A stretch of DNA of 64,000 nucleotides from a bacterium (GCA_031441465.1 JANOEP010000046.1:86922-150921), one strand, 5' to 3'. Shown: positions 9,002 through 19,128, counted from the first letter of the stretch. Translations and numbers: made by a program. The notes: generated by a model not told the origin, from the letters alone.

Positions 9002-12000
9002 CTATTTCACGAGCAGCATCTTCAAGGTGCTGCCCTCGGCGCCGCGCTGTGCGCGCAGGAAGTAGACGCCGCTGGCCTGGGGACGTCCGGCGTCGTCCTG
9101 GCCGTGCCAGGTCACCGTCAACCAACCGGGCGCCACCGGGCCTCGGTGCAGGCTGCGCACGAGCCTGCCCTGCACGTCGAAGATCTCGACCGACAGCGGT
9201 CCCTCCCCGCCCGCGGGCACGTAGAGACGGGCCGTGGTGCTGGGGTTGAAGGGGTTGGGGACGTTGGGCATGAGCGACAGCCTGGCCGCCGGCGGCGGCG
9301 CCTCCTCGACCGGCGTCGTGGCGATGAACCGGAAGACGCCGTCGCGCAGGTAATTGCCGCGGAACGTCGGCCAGGGCATCTCGTTCGGGTAGTAGGTCGC
9401 CGGCAGGTCCCAGACGTGGATCTGCAGGTCCCAGCCGCCGTAGACCAGGTTGACGTAGCCGTCCTGATCGAGGTCGCAGATCACCGGCGCGGGCCGGATG
9501 GGTCCGCCGAGGGTCAGCGGGAAGCCGTCGAGGTCCACGCCGGCGTGCGAGAAGGCGTAGATGTTGTTCGGGGACTCGGTGTCGCCGCCGCCGATGCCGA
9601 ACACCACATCCGGCAGATGGTCGCCGTTGAGGTCCCCGACCACCGGACTGGACTCCGTGTTGCCGGGCACCGAACGCGGCCAACCGCTCATGGTCTGGCC
9701 GCTGGTGCCGCCGGCGACATCGGTGTCGACGACGTGGACGCTGGACGACGAGGCGCCGAACACTTCCACCGCCACGATCTCCAGCCGGCCGTCGTTGTCG
9801 AAGTCGCCCACGGCCGGGCTGGGGCAGGTCACGTCGCCGTTGGTGCTCTGGGAGCGGAAATAGCGGGGGAAGCCCGGATAGCGCGTGCCGTTCTGGCGGA
9901 CCACCCGCAGCGAGTCCTCCTCCGAAATGTAGATGATCTCCTTCAGCCCGTCGTTGTCGAGATCGGCGATGGTGGGGCTGCACATGATGTTGCCGCCGCT
10001 GCCGGCGGTGATCGGGAAACCCGGCACCTGGGTGCCGTTGTGGCGGTAGGCCAGCAGCAGGTTGGTGGCGACCGTGCGGTAGCGCGTCCCGAAGACGATG
10101 TCCTTGGCGCCGTCGCCGTCGAGGTCCGCGAGCGCGGGCGCGGAACGGCACCACTCGTCGTAGGGCAGCACCGCGGAGCGGTCGATCAGGACGCCCTGGG
10201 TGGCGGGGTTGTTGTCCCCGTCGCGCACTTCGGTGCCGTCGGCGTGCCAGGCGAGCGTGCGGCCCGCGAGGTTGTTGGCGACGACTTCGACCTCGCCGTC
10301 GCCGTCGATGTCCCCCACCGCGGGCGGCGCCCAGACCCACATCGTCCCGGTGGACCGCGGCCAGCCGGGCACCTGCGAACCGTCGGCGTTGTAGGCGAAC
10401 ATCAGCTTCAGGTCGCGCTCGGCGCAGAGGATCTCCAGCGCCGGGTCGCCGTCGAGGTTCGCCAGGGTCACGCCCATCGGCGACAGCCTGGCGTTGAGGT
10501 TGGTGATCGGGCCGAGGGTCTGCGAATCGTTGTCGCCGTCGAACAGCTCCTGCCCGTCCTCGGTCCACACGTAGACCTCGTCGGACGCCATGACGATCTC
10601 CAGGCGGTGGTCTCCGGTCACGTCGCCGACGGCGCAGTGGCTGCTCGTCTCGACCGCGAAGGGGAGCGGGAAGGGCGCGAGTTCCGAGGGAGACGTGCTC
10701 TTGGCGAAGACGGTCGAAGCGGCGCCCTCCACGAGGAACGAGTCGACGCAGGTGACGCGGTAGTAGTAACGCGTCAACAGGTCCAGCCCGGTGTCGCGGA
10801 AGTAGGAAATCCGTCCCAGCAGATCGTAGTTGGACCGCGTGAACGGCCCGGCCGCGTTCTGGCTGCGGTAGACGTGGTAGCCTCGCACCCCGGGCTGGTT
10901 CACAGGAGTCCACTTCAGTTCGATGACGTCGGGGCCCAGCGCGGTGACGGAGGAGAGGTCGGTCGGCACCGCGGGCGTCGTCATCTTGAAGGAGTGCACG
11001 AAACGGCGCCCGCGCGAGTCGGTGACCACCAGCCGGGCGTCGTAGGGCAGGGTGACGTTCAAGACCTTCAGCGACACCAGCGCCGTGCCGCTGGACGTCT
11101 GCAGCAGGTCGAGGTTGGGGTAGGTCAGCAACGAGTCGTAGAGCACGACGTTGGGGCTGCTGGTGCGCAGCACGGCGGCGAGGCCGTCGGCGCGGCCGGC
11201 GCCGAAATTCTCCAGGGTCATCAGCACCGTGACGCGCTCGTTGTTCTCCAGGAGGCCGTCGTTGTCGCCGTAGGGCGCGTCGAACCAGTCTAGGGCGATG
11301 GCTTCGACCTCGGGGGCCTTGACCACCAACTCCCAACGGGAGGTCCAGGGGCCGGCGGGGAGGTTGTCGGCGACCACGGTGAAGGTGACGTGGTTGCCGT
11401 CGGCCATCGCCGCGTCGAAGCGGACCAGGAACGTGTCCAGGGCGTTGGCGCTGCCCCCGCTCGGGATCGTGGCCACGGCGGCGTTCCCGTCCAGGATGGT
11501 CACGCCGGCGGCGGCCGAACTCAGCACCGCGGTCACGCCGGCGGCGCCGCCGCTCCCGGTGTCCTGGAAGCGCGCCGTGAAGGCGACGGTCTCCCCAGCC
11601 TCGGCGATGCCGTTGCCGTTGCCGATGGTGCCGCCGGTCCCGTTGTCGGTGACGGTCATGCTCTGCAGGGCGATGTAGGCGCCGGTCCCGGTCACCGGCA
11701 GCGACTGGACCTTGCGGGCGGAGTTGCGGGCGGTCACGGTCAGGGTGAGCGAGCCGGTGTCCACCGGCACGATGTTCAGCGAAACCTGGCCGGCGCCGTC
11801 GGTGTCGCCCCAGACATAGACGTCGCCGCTGCGGCTGAGCACGACCCGCGCGCCGACGACGGGCAGCCCGCCCGACGTGATCGTGATCGGCACGTTCTGG
11901 GCGCCGAGCGGCAGCGAGGCGGGCACGCTCACCGTCAGGGCGGCGGGCGACGCCGTCCACATGCTCTGGCCGGGATCTCCGAGCAGCGTGTAGTTCAGGT

Positions 12001-13891
12001 ACGTCCAGCGGGTGAAGCTGTTGGCCGGCGCGTACGCCAGCCAGGGCAGGCGGCTCGCGGTCATCAGGTCGCCGAGCCGGGGCTGGGCGTCGCACATCAT
12101 GGCCTCGAAGAAAGCCTTCTGGAAATCGTTCGCGGTCGCCGGGAAGGCCGCCCGCGTGGCGCCGATCGAGGCGAAGGAGCCGCCGTTGGGGTTCTGCACG
12201 AACCGCTCCATGAGGCAGCCGTAGTCGAAGGCCGCCGAGGCGCAGTTCAGGGCGTACATCAGGAACGGCCGGGTGATGCCGTTGTGCAGGTTGTCGGCGT
12301 CGTTGATCGTGATGTTGGCGTCGCCCATGTTCATGTTGAAGAAGAAGCCGTGGCCGATCTGGTTGAAGACGTTGAAATGGCCGGTGTTCAGGCTGTCCAG
12401 CGCGGCGAGGCGGGTCTCGCGGACCGCCCCGGGGTACATCGGCTGGCCGAGGCCGTCCAGGCGGTCCCAGGCCTCGAACATCCGCACCGCCGTCATGTCC
12501 GTGCAGGGAGCCACGACTTCGTCCACGAGGGCCTGGGCGTATGTCGCGCCGTCGAGTGTGATGTCGCCCTCGGAGTTGGTGAACAGGACTTCGGCCGCGG
12601 TCAGGAAGCGGTTGGCGTAACCGGCGCCGGTGGCGGCGTTCTCGTAATTGAGGACCTTGGTCACGAAGGTGTTCACGTCCGCCACGGAACTCACCGGTGC
12701 GCGGCCGAAGGAGATGTCGCTGGCGACGTCGCAGTCGTCGCCGGGGTTGGATTCGTTGACGTTCGGCTCGCCGAAGTCGGCGTCCCCGTCCAGGTTCCAG
12801 TTCCCGTCGAGGCAGGCGAAGTAGAGGTCGGCCGGGATCAGGGTCGTGCCTCCGGGCGGGTAGAAGTTGCTCAGCGCGTAGCGCGCCGGCACGACGTCCG
12901 TATCGCCGCCGAGCAGGACGTACTGGACGCCCCAGCGTTCGTAGGCGTCGCGGATGAACATGCGGACCGTCTCCTGGATGTCGACCCCGTGACGGTAGTT
13001 GGCCTCGATCCACTCCAGGGACTTGACGACGGCGGGCAGGCCCTGGGAAGTGCGGTAATCGGCCAGCGGCTGGAACGCGGCCGCCAGCGCGTCGCTGGTG
13101 ATGATCAGGTAGGACACCGCCGAGCCGCTGAGGCTGGGCGTCTTGTCGGGGGAGAAACCGCCGACGGCCGTCGCGACGTCGGCCCCGTCCTCGCGGACGT
13201 ACCCGGACAGCGCCTCGGGGTTGGCCAGGACGCCGGCGAGTCGCTGTTCGATCTTCTGGCGTTCGCCCGCGACCCGGCGCTGGCGCACGGCGACATCGGC
13301 CTGTCCGGCGGCAGCCGGCGCGGGCAACAACCGGATCTCGTAGCTCTCGAGCAGTTCGACCTCGCGCCACGAGCCGTCCGCCGCCTGCAGCGCGCGCAAC
13401 GGGAACACCGTGACGGTGACCAGCCGGTACCCGTTCATGACGTGGTTGCCGCCGAAACGCCCCCAGACGGACGGGAAGGACGTCTTGCTCCCGGGCACGA
13501 CATCCTGGCGGCCGGGCACGCCCTCGCTGCTGAGCGGAGCGGCGGCCAGCGCCAGGTCCCCGGGCACGCGCAGTTTCCGCGTGGAGAGGGGCACGACTTC
13601 GACGGCTCCGTACGAGGTCGCCATCGGGACCAGCAGGGTCAGCGAGCGGCCGACCAGGTCGGGCCGACCGGTCTCCTGCAGGGGCTGCGTGTCGACCAGG
13701 CGCGGCAACACGTCCCCGCCCGGCTGCGTCGACCAGGCCAGGTCGGCCGCGGCGAACGAGCCCCGGTAGACGACGTCTCCGGCGGCCTGGGAGCCGGTGG
13801 TCGCCAGCAACGGCAACAGGACCGCGGCGAGCCCCCAGAGGGCGCGCGCGGCGCGAGGACCGACAGAGTCGTTGCGGTTCTTCCGATGCAT
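9002..13891 (-). CDS. Secreted C25 (gingipain/PorU-family) cysteine protease with propeptide, Ig-like domains, FN3, FG-GAP repeats and C-terminal FlgD-Ig/T9SS-like sorting domain (paralog 1)
   Basis: Signal peptide; YLIITSD, YVLLGGD, ADLYFACLDG, GRAPV; catalytic IGHG and LNCASAAFD; FN3 (GYHVYRS, YYYRVT); repeated PAVGDIDGDG/xPGWP; NVPNPFNPSTT...SGVYFLR...KMLLVK. GGGGGAG SD before ATG 13891. Confidence 0.88.
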   Translation of the reverse strand: MHRKNRNDSVGPRAARALWGLAAVLLPLLATTGSQAAGDVVYRGSFAAADLAWSTQPGGDVLPRLVDTQPLQETGRPDLVGRSLTLLVPMATSYGAVEVVPLSTRKLRVPGDLALAAAPLSSEGVPGRQDVVPGSKTSFPSVWGRFGGNHVMNGYRLVTVTVFPLRALQAADGSWREVELLESYEIRLLPAPAAAGQADVAVRQRRVAGERQKIEQRLAGVLANPEALSGYVREDGADVATAVGGFSPDKTPSLSGSAVSYLIITSDALAAAFQPLADYRTSQGLPAVVKSLEWIEANYRHGVDIQETVRMFIRDAYERWGVQYVLLGGDTDVVPARYALSNFYPPGGTTLIPADLYFACLDGNWNLDGDADFGEPNVNESNPGDDCDVASDISFGRAPVSSVADVNTFVTKVLNYENAATGAGYANRFLTAAEVLFTNSEGDITLDGATYAQALVDEVVAPCTDMTAVRMFEAWDRLDGLGQPMYPGAVRETRLAALDSLNTGHFNVFNQIGHGFFFNMNMGDANITINDADNLHNGITRPFLMYALNCASAAFDYGCLMERFVQNPNGGSFASIGATRAAFPATANDFQKAFFEAMMCDAQPRLGDLMTASRLPWLAYAPANSFTRWTYLNYTLLGDPGQSMWTASPAALTVSVPASLPLGAQNVPITITSGGLPVVGARVVLSRSGDVYVWGDTDGAGQVSLNIVPVDTGSLTLTVTARNSARKVQSLPVTGTGAYIALQSMTVTDNGTGGTIGNGNGIAEAGETVAFTARFQDTGSGGAAGVTAVLSSAAAGVTILDGNAAVATIPSGGSANALDTFLVRFDAAMADGNHVTFTVVADNLPAGPWTSRWELVVKAPEVEAIALDWFDAPYGDNDGLLENNERVTVLMTLENFGAGRADGLAAVLRTSSPNVVLYDSLLTYPNLDLLQTSSGTALVSLKVLNVTLPYDARLVVTDSRGRRFVHSFKMTTPAVPTDLSSVTALGPDVIELKWTPVNQPGVRGYHVYRSQNAAGPFTRSNYDLLGRISYFRDTGLDLLTRYYYRVTCVDSFLVEGAASTVFAKSTSPSELAPFPLPFAVETSSHCAVGDVTGDHRLEIVMASDEVYVWTEDGQELFDGDNDSQTLGPITNLNARLSPMGVTLANLDGDPALEILCAERDLKLMFAYNADGSQVPGWPRSTGTMWVWAPPAVGDIDGDGEVEVVANNLAGRTLAWHADGTEVRDGDNNPATQGVLIDRSAVLPYDEWCRSAPALADLDGDGAKDIVFGTRYRTVATNLLLAYRHNGTQVPGFPITAGSGGNIMCSPTIADLDNDGLKEIIYISEEDSLRVVRQNGTRYPGFPRYFRSQSTNGDVTCPSPAVGDFDNDGRLEIVAVEVFGASSSSVHVVDTDVAGGTSGQTMSGWPRSVPGNTESSPVVGDLNGDHLPDVVFGIGGGDTESPNNIYAFSHAGVDLDGFPLTLGGPIRPAPVICDLDQDGYVNLVYGGWDLQIHVWDLPATYYPNEMPWPTFRGNYLRDGVFRFIATTPVEEAPPPAARLSLMPNVPNPFNPSTTARLYVPAGGEGPLSVEIFDVQGRLVRSLHRGPVAPGWLTVTWHGQDDAGRPQASGVYFLRAQRGAEGSTLKMLLVK

Positions 13892-14101
13892 GTCTCCCCC
13901 ATGTCGTAAAGGGATGCGCCCGGCGCGGTCGCCGGACAGTTCCTGGTCTTCATTTCGGCTCATGTGAGCACTTGCCGGCGGAACAGCGTCGCTCGAGTTT
14001 CCGCCGGCGTCTGGCCGGCGATCCGACTCGTTAACCTCGTTGCTCTCGCGTCCTCCCGGCAAGCGTTGGGGGCTGGCTGCGGCCATCGCCGCAGGTGAGG
14101 G

Positions 14102-14130
14102 AGTATAACGCAACCCGGGCGCGATGACAA
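14102..14130 (-). promoter_or_regulatory. sigma70-type promoter for C25 paralog 1, implying a ~200-nt 5' leader
   Basis: TTGTCA-N17-TATACT. Confidence 0.7.
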
Positions 14131-14138
14131 TAGCCCGG

Positions 14139-14154
14139 ACGGCGAAAACGCCGT
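14139..14154 (-). terminator. Short hairpin after the stop of C25 paralog 2
   Basis: ACGGCG-AAAA-CGCCGT immediately after the stop codon. Confidence 0.35.
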
Positions 14155-14155
14155 T

Positions 14156-17100
14156 TCAACGCACCAATGACATTTTCCCGACGGCTTCGCCCGCCGCGGA
14201 GCGCAACCGGTAGAGGTAGACGCCCGCCGGGACCGGCCTCCCGGCATCGTCCTCGCCGCGCCAAACGACGGCGTGGCCGCCGGCGGTCCGGACTTCGTTC
14301 AGCAAACGGCGGACTTCGCGGCCGAGCAGATCGTAGACGGTCAGCGCAACCTCGCCGCGGAATCCCGCCGGCAACTCGAACTCGATGCGCGTGGCGGGAT
14401 TGAAAGGATTGGGCACGTTTTGGCGGAGGGCCAGGACCGCGCCCGGCAACGGATGTCCGGCGCCGGTCGCCGTGTCCGGCAGCGTCCAGACCCCCGTGCG
14501 CGCTCCGTTCGCGTGGAAGGTCGGCCACGGCATGTTCTCCGGGCTCCAAGGTTGCTGCAGGTCCCAGACGTGCATGGCCAGGTCCCAGCCGCCGTACACG
14601 AGATCCACATCCCCGTCCCGGTCGAGGTCCGTCAGGGTCGGCGTGGAGCGGACCGGCCCGCCCACGACCAGCGGGAAGCCCGGCACCGTCGTGCCGTCGT
14701 GCCGGAAGCCGTAGATGTGGTTCGGGGACGTGTCGGTGCCGCCGCCGATGCCGAAGATGACGTCGGGACGGCCGTCGCCCGTGATGTCCCCCACCAGCGG
14801 CGACGCCTCCGAGTTGCTCGCCAGCAACTGGGGCCAGCCCGCGATCACCGTGCCGTTCTTGCGGTAGGCGCAGAGGTACGAGGTGTGGCCGTCGACCACC
14901 TTGACCGCCACGATGTCCAGCACGCCGTCGCCGTCCAGGTCGCCGAGGGCGGGCGACGGGCAGGGGATGCCGGCTTGCCCGCTGTTCGCCGTGAAGGCCA
15001 GCGGGAACGGCGCCACCGCCTGGCCCGTCTCATCGATCACATAGAGCTTGTCGTTCTCGGTGACGAACACGATCTCGAGCACGCCGTCGCCGTCGAGGTC
15101 GCCGGCCGCGGGCGAACAGATAGACGAGGACCAGGCGCCCAGCATGAAAGGCCAGCCGGCGGCGTCGACGGCGTTGTTGCCCAGGGCGTGCACACGGTCG
15201 GCCGCGCCGTTCATGTAGCGGGACACGACCACGACTTCGCGCCGGCCGTCGTGGTCGACGTCGACCAGCAACGGCGCGCCGAACTGGTAGGACTCGCCGG
15301 TCCGGACCTGGAAGACGCCGACGGTGGCGGGGTTGGCGTCGCCGTCGAAGAAGTCGCGGCCGTCGTGGTGCCAGACGTAGGTGATGCCGGCGGTCGAGGT
15401 GACCACGACTTCGGCGTCGCCGTCGCCGTCGAGGTCGCCGACGGCGGGCGCGGCCCAGTTCCAGGCGTTGATGGTGCGCGGCCAGCCGGGCGCCGTGGTG
15501 CCGTCTCCCTGGAAGACGTAGATGGAATTGCCGCTGCGGCACGAGGCGACGATCTCGAGACCGGGATGGGGCGTGAGGTCGGCCAGGGTGACGGCGGCCG
15601 GCGTCCAGGTCTGACCGATGCTGATGAACGGGCCGCTGGTGGCGGGGTTGGCGTCGCCGTCGCGCAGTTCCTGCCCGGTGGCGTCCCAGGCGTAGATGGC
15701 GTCCGCCGCGGTCACGACATCCAGGACGCCGTCGCCGTCGATGTCGCCGACCGCGACATGGCTGGACGTCTCGGCGTGCATGGCGATCGGGAAGCCGCCG
15801 ATTTCCGTCGGCGAAGAATCGAGGAACCCGGTCGACGACTGCCGGCCCTCCAGACCCGAGGAATCCTGGGCGGTGACCCGGTAGTAATAGCGGGTCAGGG
15901 CGGCGAGTCCCAAGTCCTGGAAGAATCCGCCGTGCACGGGCTCGGCGGTCAGGCGCTGGAAGCCCGAGTTCGGCGTCGTCGAGCGGTACACGTGGTAGCC
16001 CGCGATGTCGGTGGCGGACGAGGGTGGCCACGAGATCGCGGCCGTCAGCGCGGCGGGGCTGGCGACCGACGGCAGACTGACCTGGTCGGGACGGCTGAAA
16101 TCGAACTCGTGGACCCACGTGCGGCCCAGACCGTCGGCGATGTGCAGGCGGGCCCGGCGGCTGTTCGAGATGGAGTTCATGCTCAGCAGGAACTCGGTCG
16201 CCTGCTGGACCTCGCCCCGCGGTCCGAGCACCGGCCAGGACGTCGTGCCGGCCGTGATGTTGACGCCCGGCAGCCCCGTCTCCAGCCATCCGGTCAGGCC
16301 GGCCGCGCCGCCCCGGCCGTCGTTGCGCAGGTCGAACCAGACGCGGATCACTTCGTTGACGTCGATGGTGCCGTTGCCGTTGCCGTAGGGAAAATCGTTC
16401 CAGCGCAGGATTCCGGGCGAGAGCGCCGGCGCCACGACTTCCAGGGTGAAATCCTCCCGACAGACGGCATACCCGTCGGAGCTGCCGAGGGTGAAGAGCA
16501 ATTCGGTCCGGTCGGCCAGGTCGCGGTCCAGACCGATCAGCAGCGGCGCGCCGGCGGGACCGCTCGCTCCGGCCGCGAGCGCCGGCGCCTGGCAGGCGGC
16601 GACGAGCAGGTCGACGGCGGGATGCGCGCAGGCGAGCGACAGCGCGGCGGGTTGCAGCAGCGGGGCGTCGCCGCCGTTGCGCAGGACGGGCAGCACGGCG
16701 ATCACTTCGCCGGCGTCCGGGAGGCCGTCGGCGTTGCCGGCGGAGCCGTAGGCGCCGTTGTCGAAGATCGTCAGCGTGGCGAGACCCAGATAGGGCTGAC
16801 CGGAGCCGCCGACGGCGACGCCGCCCGCGTACGGGATGCAGTCCGCGGCGGTCACGGTGAGGTCCAGGTCGCCGGCGCTGTTCGGCACGACGTCGAGCGC
16901 GACGGTGCCGTCGGCGCCCGTCAGTCCCGTGGCCAGCACGTCACCCGCTTTGTAGAGGCAGACCCGGGCGCCGGCCAGGGACACGCCGGCCCGCCGCACC
17001 TCGATCAGGGCCGTCGACGGCCCGAGCGGCAGGACTGCGGGCGCGGTGACCGTGAGCGTCTGCGGCGCCGCGGTCCAGAGCTGCAGCGACGGATCGCCGA

Positions 17101-18985
17101 GCACCGCCATCGCCATCTGCGTCCAGCGTTCGACGGTGTTCTGCTGGGAGGCGGCGAGCCAGACCAGGCGGCTCGCATCCACCGCGGCGCCCGCGGACGG
17201 CTGGCGCTCGTCGAACACGGCGGCGTAGAAGCTCTTCTGGAAGTAGCCCGCCGTCTGGGCGAACGCCGCCCGGGAAGAGCCGATCGCCAGCACGGCGCCG
17301 CCCTGGGCGTTGGTCATGAACCGTTCCATGATGGAATGGTAGTCGAAGGCCGCCGAGGCGCAGTTCAGGTTGTTCAGGATGAAGGCGTGGGGGCTGTTGA
17401 CGAGGGCTGCCGCGTCGGTCAGGGACAGGGTCTTGTCGCCCACCGACATGTCGAAGAAGAACCCGTGACCGATATGATTGATGTAGCCGTACAACCCGGT
17501 GTTCATGGCGGCCAGCACGCCGGCCTTCGTCTCGGGTAGCGAGCCGGGCCACAGGGGGCTCGCTTCGTAATGCCTCGTGACCGGAACGTTCTTCCCTTCG
17601 AGCACCTCGGTGATGATCGCCTCGCTGTACGCGGCGCCGTCGATCTCGATCGGGGTTCCCGGCGTGTAGGCGCTCGGGAACAGGACTTCGCTGAGGAACA
17701 GGACCTGCGCGAGGTGCGGGCCGACGGCATCGCGCTCGTGGGCGAGGATCTTCGCCACGAACACCTGCGCCTCCGCGGCCGACCTGACCGGTGCGCGCCC
17801 GACGTGCAGTTCGGGGGCCAGATCGGCGCCGTCGCCGGGATCGTAGGTATTGAAGTAGGGCTCGCCCGGCGTCTGGTCGCCGTCGGCGTTCCAGTCGCCG
17901 TCCAGACCGCCGTAGTAGAGATCGACCGGGATGTGGGAGCCCGTGCCCGAAGGGTAGAAGGAGTTGTAGACCATCCGGACCGGCAGCAGTTCGACGTCGC
18001 CGCCTAGCAGGGCGTAGTCGGCCCCCCAGCGCACGTAGGCGTCGGTCAGGAACGAGCGGATCGTCGCCGGCAGATCCTCCCCCGCCGGATAGGTCGCCTG
18101 GATCCAGGACAGTGTCCTGACGACCGTCGGGAGCCCCCGCGCGGTCTTGTAGTCGGCCAGTTGCTGGAACACGGACGACAGTTCGTCGGTCGTGACGATG
18201 ACCATGCCCACCGCGGGGCCGTCGAGGCTGGGCACGAGCGTCGGCGCGAAGGCGTCACCGGCCGCCCGGTCCCCGGAGACGGCCGCCGGTATCGCGTACG
18301 CGTCGCGGGCGGACGGGTTGGCGACGAGCCGCGCCAGCGCAGCCGGCTGCAGGTCCGCGCCGCCGGGGTGGGAGCGCAGGCGCACGGCGCGCGGCGCCGG
18401 GTCGTCGTCCAGCTGCAGCCGGATCGTGAAGTCCGTGGCCGACTCGCGCTGGTCCCATGGCTTGCCCGCAGAAGTGCGGCGCAAACGCTCGGGATGGATG
18501 CGGACCGTCGCCAGCCCCATCCCGTGCCACACGGCCTGCCCCGTCAATTCGCCCCAGGACGCCGGATACCTGTCGTCCGCCTCGCCGGCGACGTTCCCGG
18601 CGCCCGGCAAACCTTCCGACGAAAGCAACGGCGGGCACGGGGTGGTGTCTCCCGGCGGCAGGGCCACGATCCCGTCGACCGGAACGACCTCGGCCGCGAG
18701 CGCGCGTTGGCCGGGAGGCAGCAGGATCAGCAGGTCGCGGAACGGCATCTCGGGCCGGCCCGGCGCGCGCAGGAACCCCGCCGTCACCGGCGCGCCGGCT
18801 TGGTCGACACCGGTCACTTCCAAAACCAGCTCCCGATTCCCGGGGCCGGCGGCCCCCTGGGACGCTCCGACCGGGGCGACGGCGAAGCCGACCAGGGTCA
18901 GCCAGGCGAACCCGCGCAGCCGGTTCCGCCATGACGGACCGGCTACCTCGAACCAGGGGCGGGACTTGGCGACGTACCGGTGCAA
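14156..18985 (-). CDS. Secreted C25 (gingipain/PorU-family) cysteine protease with the same multidomain architecture (paralog 2)
   Basis: YALLGGD, VDLYYGGLDG, GRAPV, catalytic IGHG and LNCASAAFD, FN3, FG-GAP repeats, NVPNPFNPAT...AGVYLYRL...KMSLVR. Start uncertain: TTG 18985 (AAGGA SD, MHR- start like paralog 1) or TTG 19054. Confidence 0.87.
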   Translation of the reverse strand: MHRYVAKSRPWFEVAGPSWRNRLRGFAWLTLVGFAVAPVGASQGAAGPGNRELVLEVTGVDQAGAPVTAGFLRAPGRPEMPFRDLLILLPPGQRALAAEVVPVDGIVALPPGDTTPCPPLLSSEGLPGAGNVAGEADDRYPASWGELTGQAVWHGMGLATVRIHPERLRRTSAGKPWDQRESATDFTIRLQLDDDPAPRAVRLRSHPGGADLQPAALARLVANPSARDAYAIPAAVSGDRAAGDAFAPTLVPSLDGPAVGMVIVTTDELSSVFQQLADYKTARGLPTVVRTLSWIQATYPAGEDLPATIRSFLTDAYVRWGADYALLGGDVELLPVRMVYNSFYPSGTGSHIPVDLYYGGLDGDWNADGDQTPGEPYFNTYDPGDGADLAPELHVGRAPVRSAAEAQVFVAKILAHERDAVGPHLAQVLFLSEVLFPSAYTPGTPIEIDGAAYSEAIITEVLEGKNVPVTRHYEASPLWPGSLPETKAGVLAAMNTGLYGYINHIGHGFFFDMSVGDKTLSLTDAAALVNSPHAFILNNLNCASAAFDYHSIMERFMTNAQGGAVLAIGSSRAAFAQTAGYFQKSFYAAVFDERQPSAGAAVDASRLVWLAASQQNTVERWTQMAMAVLGDPSLQLWTAAPQTLTVTAPAVLPLGPSTALIEVRRAGVSLAGARVCLYKAGDVLATGLTGADGTVALDVVPNSAGDLDLTVTAADCIPYAGGVAVGGSGQPYLGLATLTIFDNGAYGSAGNADGLPDAGEVIAVLPVLRNGGDAPLLQPAALSLACAHPAVDLLVAACQAPALAAGASGPAGAPLLIGLDRDLADRTELLFTLGSSDGYAVCREDFTLEVVAPALSPGILRWNDFPYGNGNGTIDVNEVIRVWFDLRNDGRGGAAGLTGWLETGLPGVNITAGTTSWPVLGPRGEVQQATEFLLSMNSISNSRRARLHIADGLGRTWVHEFDFSRPDQVSLPSVASPAALTAAISWPPSSATDIAGYHVYRSTTPNSGFQRLTAEPVHGGFFQDLGLAALTRYYYRVTAQDSSGLEGRQSSTGFLDSSPTEIGGFPIAMHAETSSHVAVGDIDGDGVLDVVTAADAIYAWDATGQELRDGDANPATSGPFISIGQTWTPAAVTLADLTPHPGLEIVASCRSGNSIYVFQGDGTTAPGWPRTINAWNWAAPAVGDLDGDGDAEVVVTSTAGITYVWHHDGRDFFDGDANPATVGVFQVRTGESYQFGAPLLVDVDHDGRREVVVVSRYMNGAADRVHALGNNAVDAAGWPFMLGAWSSSICSPAAGDLDGDGVLEIVFVTENDKLYVIDETGQAVAPFPLAFTANSGQAGIPCPSPALGDLDGDGVLDIVAVKVVDGHTSYLCAYRKNGTVIAGWPQLLASNSEASPLVGDITGDGRPDVIFGIGGGTDTSPNHIYGFRHDGTTVPGFPLVVGGPVRSTPTLTDLDRDGDVDLVYGGWDLAMHVWDLQQPWSPENMPWPTFHANGARTGVWTLPDTATGAGHPLPGAVLALRQNVPNPFNPATRIEFELPAGFRGEVALTVYDLLGREVRRLLNEVRTAGGHAVVWRGEDDAGRPVPAGVYLYRLRSAAGEAVGKMSLVR

Positions 18986-19099
18986 GGCTGGGTTGTCCTT
19001 CGGGCTGGTGTGTCCGGCAGGGCCGGGGCGAAACACATCCGCCGGAAACCGCAACTGTCAACACGGTGGGTAACATCCCGTTACCGATTGACTTACTCC

Positions 19100-19128
19100 A
19101 TATTACCACGTGGGCCCCGACCCGTCAA
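19100..19128 (-). promoter_or_regulatory. sigma70-type promoter for C25 paralog 2
   Basis: TTGACG-N17-TAATAT with extended -10 TG. Confidence 0.7.

Noticed and set aside
9400..15800. Recurrent GTCGCCGTCG-like repeats
   Set aside because: Coding repeats for the GDxDGDG motifs of FG-GAP blades, not a DNA-level element.
8717..17539. Very long alternative ORFs (8802-13370 minus; 8717-11293, 11390-13909 and 14273-17539 plus)
   Set aside because: Arg/Pro/Gly-rich or in-register antisense shadows of the C25 genes, expected at this GC content; no motifs or SD.
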